Source: an uncultured virus (IMG/VR IMGVR_UViG_3300025168_000062)
Taxonomy: Duplodnaviria > Heunggongvirae > Uroviricota > Caudoviricetes
Length of the DNA: 64,000 nt
Reading direction: 5' to 3' (one strand)
IMG/VR virus record: IMGVR_UViG_3300025168_000062
Part shown: one piece after another, positions 30,126 through 41,900 of the stretch
Layout of the letters: each line of letters opens with the position of its first letter
Numbering within the stretch: the first letter of the stretch is position 1
Made by a program: the position numbers and the translations under genes
The notes under the pieces: generated by a model
The model's database searches: none
What the model was told of the DNA's origin: nothing
Seen by the model: only the letters and a program-made list of their open reading frames with translations

Positions 30126-32998
30126 TGGCAAAAATGGGTGGCGCACGAACCTTCTTTACGGTTTATGCCTCTATTAAATCCGAACAAATCTTAGACGATG
30201 CTAATGCTCTAGGTGCTGTATTAACTGCTGTCTTTACAGACGCAATAGAAGGTATGATGATTGCTTTCGAGGAAGTGTTCATGGGTATTGAACAATGGAA
30301 TGACGCATTATTCGGACTCCAAGAGCCAATAGAAATGGCTAAAATACATTTTGAAAAGTTTTTCGATGATGTAGGACCGGAAGTAATACAATTAGAACAA
30401 GACATAATGAAGATAGGCGCGGCCTATAATCAATCAGCCGCAGAATCTTTAGAAGCGGCCGCAACAATGGCGCAGTTAGGAAGTGTTATAGGCGGTCAAC
30501 CTGCACAGGGCGCGGCAAGAGAAGGTGCTATGCTATTAGGTGCGGTCGGTATGATGGAAACAGAAGCCGCTATGTCTGCATTAACACAACTTCAACTCCA
30601 AACAGGATATATGTATGACGGCCTTACTAGAGCTCAGCGTGAACTTCTTACAGAAGAAGAGCAAAGAGCAATAGTAATGAGCAATACAATAGGACTTGTT
30701 GATAAACTTAACGAAGTGGAAAATAATAGCGGTGCAACAATACAGAACCTCATAGGTGCTATGAATCAATATGCTTCGGCGGCAACGATAGTTAATACAA
30801 CATTAGATGAGCAAATAGCATTGGGCGCAACACTTATCGAACAAGGTGAACAATCCTCTAAGGCTGGTCGTGGTATCAAACAGATGCTTGCTAGATTAGC
30901 GTCTGATAGGTCGGGCAACAATGCTCTTTTAGCAGAATACAATGTGCAGGTAAAAGATGCAGACGGTAATATGTTCACACTAATGGATGTTATGACACAA
31001 CTAAAACCTAAGTGGGATGAATTAAACTCTTCACAACAGACTAATATCGCTATTGGTGTTGCAGGTGCTCATCACTATGTTAGATTTATTAAGTTAATGG
31101 AAGGTTATGATAGAGCAGTAGAGATACAAGAAGCATCATTGAGTTCACTAGGTAGTGCTTATGAAGAATACGCTATATTCCAAAACAACGCGGCCTACCA
31201 GACACAACTATACGAAAAAGAAATAGATTTATTACAATCTAGTATAGCAGAAAAACTTTTACCTGCACAACTAAGAGCGGCGCAGACACAGTATATGCTT
31301 ATTGCTAATCAAGAAAAAATCTTTAATAGTAAGTATATGGGTGGGCTTTTGCTTGCAGGTAATACATGGATGATGATAGGCTCGACAGTATTCGCAACTA
31401 TGAAAGGATTGATAGCATTCGGTCTTGCTTTAGCAGGTATAGGTGTGGCTCAAAAAACTCTTTTGGCGCAAATGGTAGCAAGAACAAATGCTCAAAAAGT
31501 TAATAATGTTTATGCTAATGCCGAAATGGGAACTCAGTTAAAGTTAGTAGAGGGAACTAGACTTCTTAACCATCTTAAAAACGCAGGCTTAACAGCATCC
31601 TTGACTGAAACAGAATTGAACCAATTAGCACTATTTGCTCTAGAACATAAAGGGGCAGTAGAGTTGTATAATACTAATCTAAAAGTCGCGCAGGTTAAAC
31701 TTGAACAGACATACGCACAGAGTGTAATGGACGGAGTTTTAGCAGAAAGATTGAAGGGTAGTGTAATGAATAAGAATTGGCATATCACCTCGCAGGTAGT
31801 TGGTCTACAACAAATGGGAGTGCGGTTGGCGGGTTTAAGTGTTAAGCAACTCAATTCAGAAATAAGAGCACAAACTGTTAAATTAAATGCCCAAAGGACA
31901 ATTATAATGGCTAAAGAAAACGAGTTAATAATGAATAGTGCTTTAACGGAATCAGAAAGGGCTTTATTAAATCTTGAGACAACAAGATTAAGAAATGAGT
32001 ATAATATAGGACAAGCAGGTTTGAATGTTAAGAGGGCTAGACTTAATTTTATGGATAATGAAATAGTAAAGCAACATCTATTGAATAGGACTACTGAGCA
32101 GTATTTGCAGACCACAACAACAACTCAACGGGCAGAGGTAAATGAATTATATCTTAAGATGATATTAGCGGCTCAAGATGATGAAACATTACTAACTAAA
32201 ATTAAATTAATAGATGTAAAGTTGTTTGAAATGCAAGTTAATCAAGCAATAGCGGCCGGACAAATCACCGAAATACAAGGTCGTAAATTACTTGGGCTAG
32301 CCTTGAAAAAAGAAATGTTTACAAGAACGAGCCTAATGAAAATCACAATGATGACAACAAACTCTTTAATGTTAGCCTCTATGGCTATGATGCTATTAGG
32401 GAATAATACAGATGCTATGGAGGCTTCGGCAATTCTAATGACATTAGCATTCGTTCCTATGATTGGTATGACTATGCAGGCAACTGCTCAAATGACTAAA
32501 TTAGCAGGTGCTACGGCTTATGCTAGTGGTGGTCTTACAATACTATTCGCCACGATAGCCGCCGCCGCCGCTTATGGTTTATCAAAGCACTTTGATTTCT
32601 TTGGTGATGCAGGCTCCGATATGGATGATATGATGGAGCAGTTAGAAGCAGATACGGCGGAAGCAGAAAGGTTATACAAACAATTCGCACTAGAACAAGA
32701 AAACTATATGAGTGGTGAAATGGGTATGATGGATGACTGGACTAGCAGTATTGATGATATGACAGATTCTATGCAAGAGTTTGATGATAAAAGATTAGAA
32801 ATATTCTTTGGTGGAAGAAGGTCTGCTATGGATGGTGCTATGTTTAAGGAATTAAAACAGAACGGTGTTGAGAACTTATACTTCGCACCGGAGGTTTTTG
32901 TGACCAATAATTTTAATGGAGTCACATACGCAGAAGCGGCAGATTTAGTTTCAGACTCGATTGAAGAAAGATTAAAAGCAACGGGTGTTCTTCAATGA
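30125..32998 (+). CDS. Tape measure protein
   Basis: 957 aa Ala/Leu/Met-rich helical protein, AGRGIKQMLARL...VKDADGNM core, hydrophobic segments. Confidence 0.9.
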   Translation: MAKMGGARTFFTVYASIKSEQILDDANALGAVLTAVFTDAIEGMMIAFEEVFMGIEQWNDALFGLQEPIEMAKIHFEKFFDDVGPEVIQLEQDIMKIGAAYNQSAAESLEAAATMAQLGSVIGGQPAQGAAREGAMLLGAVGMMETEAAMSALTQLQLQTGYMYDGLTRAQRELLTEEEQRAIVMSNTIGLVDKLNEVENNSGATIQNLIGAMNQYASAATIVNTTLDEQIALGATLIEQGEQSSKAGRGIKQMLARLASDRSGNNALLAEYNVQVKDADGNMFTLMDVMTQLKPKWDELNSSQQTNIAIGVAGAHHYVRFIKLMEGYDRAVEIQEASLSSLGSAYEEYAIFQNNAAYQTQLYEKEIDLLQSSIAEKLLPAQLRAAQTQYMLIANQEKIFNSKYMGGLLLAGNTWMMIGSTVFATMKGLIAFGLALAGIGVAQKTLLAQMVARTNAQKVNNVYANAEMGTQLKLVEGTRLLNHLKNAGLTASLTETELNQLALFALEHKGAVELYNTNLKVAQVKLEQTYAQSVMDGVLAERLKGSVMNKNWHITSQVVGLQQMGVRLAGLSVKQLNSEIRAQTVKLNAQRTIIMAKENELIMNSALTESERALLNLETTRLRNEYNIGQAGLNVKRARLNFMDNEIVKQHLLNRTTEQYLQTTTTTQRAEVNELYLKMILAAQDDETLLTKIKLIDVKLFEMQVNQAIAAGQITEIQGRKLLGLALKKEMFTRTSLMKITMMTTNSLMLASMAMMLLGNNTDAMEASAILMTLAFVPMIGMTMQATAQMTKLAGATAYASGGLTILFATIAAAAAYGLSKHFDFFGDAGSDMDDMMEQLEADTAEAERLYKQFALEQENYMSGEMGMMDDWTSSIDDMTDSMQEFDDKRLEIFFGGRRSAMDGAMFKELKQNGVENLYFAPEVFVTNNFNGVTYAEAADLVSDSIEERLKATGVLQ

Positions 32999-35900
32999 CA
33001 AGACACATGATGAATCATAATAGTCAGACTAGAAAATACACTTCCGGTCAGCCTTTCGATGAAGATTATCAAGTTTGGTTATCGGGGTATTGGGAAGATT
33101 TTACATCATCTTATTCATTACCGGAGGCATCTAGCAACACATTAAATCTTTCAGATACTCATTTTGGAAATCCTTTGAATGCAGAAGCAAGACTAAATCC
33201 CCATTACAGATGGTCTTATGCGGATAGGACTTCAACATATAGTGGAGCAACAGTTTATGGTGCAGGGATGGTCACTAATGATATAAAAGAACTCCATAAT
33301 TTAAGTATGGCGGAATGGTTTAGCGTAGACCCTGTTAGGTTAGGTAAAGGAAGAGATTTTACTTCTAAAATAAATAACGAATATTTAGATTCTCATGCTC
33401 ATAGTAATAGGTATAGGTTAGGTGGTAAAGGAGAATTAGATAGTTATATTCTTATGACTACTTCTCATGTAGCAGGTGGTAAGTATATTATAGATAATGG
33501 GGAAATAGATTCTTCTTTTGCTAGGTCTGATAGTGTGGGATATAATTTTTCACAGACAGCAGGTATTACTGGAGCAGTTAATACATCATACGCATCATCC
33601 AATGGTGCAGTATTGAATGCGGCACTTATTGATTATTCGGAAGTATTTAATGATTCCGGTCAAGATGCTAAAGTATTTAGAACCGTTAGTGCAAGCACCA
33701 CAGGCTCTTTTACAATAGATACTGCCCCTACTGATATACTAACAACAGGAACATGGAGCTCTAACCAACACGCCGCATACATATTAGGGGCTGAAATAAA
33801 ATCCCCTTCACGCACTCCATTCCTTGCTATAAGAAACACAATGCCTGTGACTCATAGAATAAATGGAGATGTTGCACCTACGGGAACAGACGGTGTATGG
33901 AGATACACAGGTGCTAAAAGAGAACTGCATCACTTTAGAGTTGGGGATATTGTTCAAGTTGGTAAGCACGATGAGTATGCTGTCATACAGGCATTCAACA
34001 GCGATAAGACTTCAATCACAAAACTATACAGTTTAAGCAGAAATCAATTATTAAATGTTAGTAAGTTCAAAAGCACCTCAGGGGATTACATAGAAGGTGG
34101 AGCGTCAGAATCCAATGTTGATATTAGAAAATGGTTCGAGCCTGTTATGACTTATGATGGTTCTTTGAATTGTGTAGGTGATGGTGATACATTCCACATT
34201 AGATATTGCCCCCTAGTAGTCAAATCTAACGGCCTTCCTGATAGTGATAGGGTTGCACATTACATATTAAGAGTTGGCTTCGACTCGTCAAGGCTAAATA
34301 TGACTTCTAAAGGTAATAGATATGAATTATCCGGTAGTGATTACAACCCTTCTCATTCTTGCGCCGCTATACAGTTTGAAATACAACCGCACTCAACATC
34401 CGAAGCACAAAAAATAGACCATAATGTAAACTTAGTAAGGGTAAGTAGTCTTGATTCTAGTATAGCATCCGCTCATAAACAATCTTTTATTGACTATGAC
34501 GCAACAAGCACAATAACGACCCCAAACTATTCTAACGAGTGGCAACAATGGATGGATATAGACGTAGTGATGGACTTTACTAACCAAAGATATAAGGTCT
34601 ATGTTGATGGTTTTGAAAGTGGAACTTTTAATTTTGAAACTAAACCTTCGGGAGGTTCTTGGGTCGCATCAGATTTATATGGCTGGCACATGGACCACGC
34701 TTCACTTCAAAAAGACGGTTCATATACACCGGACAATGGAGGTAATGAATATGCTTTGACCGCAGGTAAGTTTTGGGGTCCAAAATCAGAAATTACTACT
34801 ACTATGTGGACTTTAATAGACAGGGCAGGTATAGTTAATGAGATAACTAACCCTGTAAGAAACAGCCCTAATAGTATTGTTGCCGCTAATGATTTATCAA
34901 TCCAAGAGATAACTTATGATGCAGGCATAAACGAAACTTCTAGGTTATCTATGCTAATAATAGATGATGATAACGAAAGACAAATACAAGATATATTTTC
35001 ATCATCCCCTTCGGAGTGGATGGTTTTGTTATTCAAGAATGGTATAGACTCTATTTATTGGAATGGATTTTTGGATAAAGTAAGGGTAACACAAGATGGT
35101 AAGAAGAAAACAAGAACTATTCAATTAATATCAAGAGATGCTATTGGAAGATTAGACGGTATAATGCCTTATTGGGAAGTTGGTCAGAACGAATTAACAA
35201 TATCCACTAACTACAAATACAGAGAAGCAGAAGCAAGAATGGTTTCGGAAAACTTTTACTTTGGTGCAAGAGCATTACTTAGGGGTAATGAAACAATAGG
35301 AATGGACCACCAAACAAGAGCGAAAGATTCTTATGCTTCAACAACAGAAATAGGAGCAATATCGGGGTATTATACTTCTAGGTATGACCAAAGGACTAGA
35401 CTATATTCTGCTAACCCTATTCAGATGTATGTTGGTCAAGATGACTTTGGACCTAAAGTTGATAGTGATGTCTATAACACAGCACCTACGGCAGAGCATT
35501 CTGATAAGAATATATGGAGACAATGGAATACTAGAAAAATATTGGGCTTTAGTGATGGAAGGAGCATGGGGCAAAAATACATAGTAGCACATTGTATAGA
35601 GCATGGGCTTTCAGTTAATGACGAGTTTAAGATATATGGTGAACATCATACAAATGCCTTTACTACGACAAGCGCAGGCGTTAATGGTTTAGATATAGTA
35701 GTAAAGAAAATAATAGACATACATCATTTTGCTTTTGAATACAAATCATCAGTCGGTAATATATTCGGCCATCTAGGTGATGAAGCAGGGCATTTTTGGT
35801 CGGTTATAACAAGACATACTGATAAGCATGGTCTAGGTTTTGACTTAGGTTCGACAAGCCCCTATACCTATACAGGTTGGGCTCAAGGAAACTTTAGTAG

Positions 35901-38900
35901 TAATAGTGCTCGTGGCTTAATACCAATATCACAAAACTTCGCAACAGGTATGGGGAGGTTTGATGCAAGCAATACTAAACAATGGAGTTCTTATTACACA
36001 AACAACGTATGGACTCTGAATGACAACCAAGTGGTTACCTCCAATATTGCGGCGACTGAAGAAACGATAGATAATAATAGTGATGGTCAGAGTGATTCTT
36101 TTATTAACAATACAGTATCTAAAGCAATGAGTATACAGTTTGATAATGGAGATGAAAATTATGCTCCTACTGGTGTGCCTAATTTTAGAGGTTATACTTC
36201 TTACCAATTCAAACCTTTGGGTGTGATAGAGTTAAAACATAACAGTATTTATCCACTAATCGACTTACATGGTTTAGGAACGGTAGGTCCTTTGTTTAAT
36301 TTTAACGATGGAAGATTATTGCCTACTTCTTCTGACGCTTATGATTATAGACACGCGTTAGAGTATGTTGGAACAATAGGAACGACATTCAGAAGTCAAT
36401 TATTTAGTATTGTTGATTATTACCGCGCCTTTAGAAAAACTCTAGAAAAACATAGTAGTAATGGTAGGGAGATTATAGGCACTCCCGAAGGAACAGTTAG
36501 TCAAGCACCTAGAACCACAGGGGTAGGTATTGACTATAACCTAAGAATGCTTATTAGGGGTAATGATATAGACCAAAGAGACCCTCATAAGATACCTTCT
36601 CTTAGTGTGACCGAAAATAGTTTAGGGGCAAGCGATACATATGAAGGAAGAGCAACTAACTTTATACAAAGAGGAAACACAGGTATTAAAATAACAGCAC
36701 AAAGCGGTTCGGGCTCTAACATCCAACTGACTATAACTACTTCACAAACTTTTCAATTACCATTCTCAGGTTTTGGAACATTTGGACCTAATGGAACCGC
36801 ACAAGGTTTGTTTAGATGGACTGGGGTTGATGATACTAACCACAAACTAACAGGGGTTACTATATTAGCATCGGGCTCTACTTCATTAGCACAGCATATA
36901 AGTAATAATACGGCATCACTTACACCCTTTATTTTTCCTGTAATATCAACTAACCAAGCATTATTTACTCCACCTACTGCAAGACAACCAAAACAACAAT
37001 ATAGAGTTGCACACGCTTCTTATATGCACGATATTGCATCCTCGATGTGGTTTAGAATGGTGTTCGGTATCATAGAAGAGCAGGCGGCAGGTGTTGATGG
37101 ACCACCACATAATGAAAAGGCTAGAAGGGGTAATAAGTTAAGTAATATGGTAGGTAATAGTTTGAGCGGTTGGCACTACCAAGAACGTGAAGGTGAAAGT
37201 AATGACCTATATACTACACAGTATAGCGACTACTTTACACTAAGAAGCGCATACACAGCAGGGGGAACGACATTAGTTTTAGATAAAGCAACACCCCCAC
37301 TTATTGATGAAAACTTTAAGGATAGGAGATATATAGACAAAGGTAGTCTTTCATACGATACAGGCACAGACCCACTAATAAGTATTCCTTCTAGAGCAAA
37401 TGCACACTCAACTAAGAGACAGATGCTCAATGGTGGTTTGGTATTTGAAATAGAAAACCCCAACGGAACTCTAGATGTGGGGGCGGCAAGGTCAGCACAA
37501 ATGACTTCGTGTGCTGATGATACGGCATCGTTCACGCATTGGGAAATAGTAAAACTCACACAAAGCGAGATAGTTAATACACTAAAACCTAACACAGCAG
37601 ATATAGATGAAAATAATAGTTTCGTAGGTGGTGATTGGACTATGCCTAACAAGAGCACTATTACATCATTCCCCGGTCCAATAGTATTAACGGCCGCACA
37701 TAATCCCTCTAATTTATTAACAGGAAATAAACCTGCCTATACTGACAATAGACTATTCGACCCAGACTTTTTCCATAGTGGTAATGACGAAGCAGTATCA
37801 GGAGCAAGAATGTTCCAAAGCCTAGATATAGGAGATATAATATTTGTTGGTAATACACAAGGCACTATTACTAATCAACCCATTACCGGCTCGTTAGATT
37901 CACACTATAATGTGGATAATCATTATGGGGAAGATAGAGATTTTGTATCATATAGATGGTATAGGATTCTTGATAAAGCCACCGACCATTCAACAATTAC
38001 TATATTCCCCGCAGAATATTCTTACTGTAATCACGATTTACAATCAGATAATGGAACATACATAAACAGACATCCGGTAGGTATGCACATTGTCGCTCAT
38101 GATGCCGTAGGTCAGTTCAAAGGTTGGTATAATAAATTAAAAAGAGGAGCAGATGCAAACGATTATCAAGGAGACTTACCCTCTGGATTTCCTACTGTAA
38201 AACAACCTATCTGTAAAATATACTCTGGTGATATTACAATAAGTGGCGTAAAGCATCTTAAAAACAATCATCTTGCAGGTGCAAAGGGTAGGTTTAGAAG
38301 AATTAGAAATAACTTTAATCATGTTTGGTTAAATTGGGCTGATATGAGAAACGATGGAAGCGCAGACGCAGATGGTTCATTTAGACAATCTAAGTTTGGC
38401 TTACTATACCCAACAGAAGAGCAGTATAGTGTTGATTTAGTATTTTCTAGCACACAAGCAGACATTACTTCACTAGGAATAGGAAGTGATGTAGACCTTT
38501 GGGAACTAACAGACACAGACCCTTTTACGAATGGTGCTTGGTCTGCTAACTATAATAACAAGATAACTAATATGACTCACTTGCATGATTGGGAGTCTAA
38601 AGCAGGAGCACCTATTGCTGTTGATGCTAGTAAGTATTTCAACCTAAACACTATGACAAATAATGGAAAAATAGGTCAAACTTCGGGAGGCACTAAAAAT
38701 ATTGCAGATTATGATTATACAGTTTCGGGTAATGCTCAACTTATGGATAATTATTGGTGGCAGGCAGGTCCTCACCCATATACTGCTAAGTATAGACACC
38801 CTTATGACCCTAACTTCCAATTTTATGTTAGATACGAAACTAGATTAGCAGAAGATTTAGATGGTAAGCCATTAATGTTAATAGACTCATCTAATCTTTA

Positions 38901-41900
38901 TCACGGTAGTTATTTTAACGACACTAAAAGTGTGGGAATTATGGAATCAGTAGATGCGGATGATGACCAACTAAATACATTCACATACAAAATGGGGGGT
39001 TGTTTTGTCAATAAGTATGATGAGAACCAAAGTAATGCTCAAAGACTATACATGGGATTAGGTGCAGAAAAGGTCGATAAGTCGGTTGGTGTATGGACTG
39101 ACCCAATAGGATATAGTATGGGTAATACACAGTCTAGCGAAAATAATAGTGGGGGCATAGTTTCTAATGGAGAACATACTGTCTATAACGCATGGGCTTC
39201 ACAAATGGGGCTAGGTTCTATGATGGTAATGCAAGGTCATGTGGAATCTAGAGGTTCAAACACTTACTATGACCACGATAAGATTAGAATAATTTTTCAA
39301 TCACATAATACAGAATCATGGTTATCCGGTTCACAAATCCCCTGTTCTTACGACATTAACAACGTGCCTATATCTTATGATATGACAATAGATTCATTCG
39401 GTTCAGTAATGGATGGAAGAGGGACAACAACATTACGAATGATTTCTAATATTAGAAAATCTTCCGGTAATGGCGATGCGGGTAATTACCAAGCATTTAA
39501 CTATATGATTGGAAGAAACGGAAGGTTCGAGTATAGACCTACTTATAACTCAGGAATTAGTCTGACTAGAAATGACTTAAATAAATCTGATGTTGACCAA
39601 GAAGCAAGAGCTCAATTTACACACGTTAGGATTTATTACAATAATGGTGAATCATTTGTTGATACTCCAACACCTATACTTGATGGTTCACAAGTTAAGT
39701 TTAAGATGCTAAACCTACCATCGGTAAGAAGTAGCACAGAAGCAACTGCGGCAGGGGATAGGGAATTAGAGAGAGTTAGGGATAAAGAAATAACTGTTCT
39801 TGCTACAATAAAAGATGATACAAAGGGTTTATTCACAGGCGGTCTGTATGGATATATCTCCACACCATTAGTCCAATGTCTTTCGGGTCTTGCTAGTAGT
39901 TATGGCTCGTTTTTCCCACATGGAAATCTTACAGGCCAAATTATAGGCGGGAGACAAAATGCTATGGATGGTAATTTAGATGCTACTAATTCTTCACTAA
40001 TAGGTGCTACGTCAAGTATGGCTTTCCTTGATACGGGCTCTGGTAATCACGGTGGGGGTGGGTGTAATACTTATGATACCCACGCTACTAAATGGTATGG
40101 TCAATACACGCCATACGGTATTCATTGTATAGAAAAGGCTGTTCAAATAGTGCATATACCAAAAGGAGTTCCAAAAGTAAGCACAGGGTCTAATCAAAAA
40201 CTAAGAATGTTTATTACTCATAAATCCGCATCTGCTAACGGGGCAGAGTTTAGGCTTTGGTTGATAGATTCACATTTCGATTCACAGAGAAGACAGGGCT
40301 ATACGGGTAATAACCCATTAACTACTGCTAAGATTTCATACTTAGACATAACTAAAAATGGATTTCATGAAATATCATTCCCAACGTCATACGGAGCTCC
40401 TAGCGGGGCTAAGATGATAGTATCATTCAATAAAGAGTATTGTATGGACTTACTAAAATATAGAAGTAATCATACGACAAGTTCTAAGTCAAACAAAGGT
40501 AATAGAGTAACAACATTACCTTCAACAGATGTTAGTCTATTAGACCTTTCGCATGGTAATCCGGTCAATGAAGCATCGGCATTCCCGTTAGGATTGTCTC
40601 TATATTATAGGCCACATGGTTCAGAAGATTCACAAGGCAGACAAGGACCGTTATGGCAACTTAGACCAAGAGCACTATACTACGCCCCTAGTGTTGAGAT
40701 AGTGGATGACTTTGCGTATAGGGTAGGAACTGACTTAAACTATAATGATGACCACCTAAGCATAAATACTTCACTTACTGTTAGTAAGTTAAATTGGAAA
40801 ATAAAAGAACAAGATAACGAAGAATTAGAATTGAGATTAATAAAAAATAAATCACAAGAAGTTAAATATTTAAGTTTAGGTGTTGGAACGACCCCTACGC
40901 CGCCACAAGCAGGCAACCCACCTTCTAATGGTGGTAATGGTCTACCAGGAGGCGGTTTAGGTGACCAGATACCATATTTACCGGGAGATGACATAGGCGG
41001 AGCTCCGGGTTGGGGTGGGTTGAAACCACCACAAAGAGGAGGCATGGGTTCACAACATGAATTATCAGGCGGTATTACTAAAGCAAGCAGAATAAGCAAT
41101 ATATCAGGAGCACCTGTTCAGAATGTTGGCGGTCTAGGAAGCACTATGACTGGTAGTAAGGTTGGGATTAGTAAAATGAGCAAAGGTGCTACTAATACTA
41201 TCAAAGGTATTGACAAAATAGATGGAGAAAGATGGACTAATAAGCAAGTAATAAAAAATAAATCTACTTCAAAAGAAGCAATAGGGCAAGTTAAATCGAC
41301 TAGCAGTGGTAGTGCTGTTATAGGAGCAGATGGATTTACTCTACCGGGTGTATCAGCATTGTTTGCAGATGGAACAAGCATCCCTGCTAAGGCAGATTAC
41401 CACGAAGGCTCTACAACGATAACTGTTCCTAGTGCAGTATCTAATGACAAAATAAGTGTTGTGCTTACTGTAAAAGCACCTTTAACCGGCGGCGGGAGCA
41501 AATACACTCTGTTTTCCACACTAGAATGTATAGAAACAGGGGAAATGCAACGTAAAGTAGTAAGTATAACAGCAGATGATACACCAAAAAGAATTGCTCT
41601 ATTCACAACAAGAAAATTAATAGGTGCGGGAACGGTAGGTAATAGAATTAAAATCACAGTTGGTCGAGTTCCCGGAGGTGGTTTGCTTGCTAATCCCGAT
41701 GGTGATGATGACTCACCGTTTTCATCAATGAAAATAAAAAGTATAGAAGTATCATTTAATGAAACGAGCAAAGGTAAAGATACAGGTATTATTAGCACTA
41801 GGGATAAGATAACTACGAAAGATAATACACAAGGATTTATGAGCGGAACAGATAAAGCGTGGGATTCAAAAACTTCTGATGCTACATTTGACGCTTCCGG

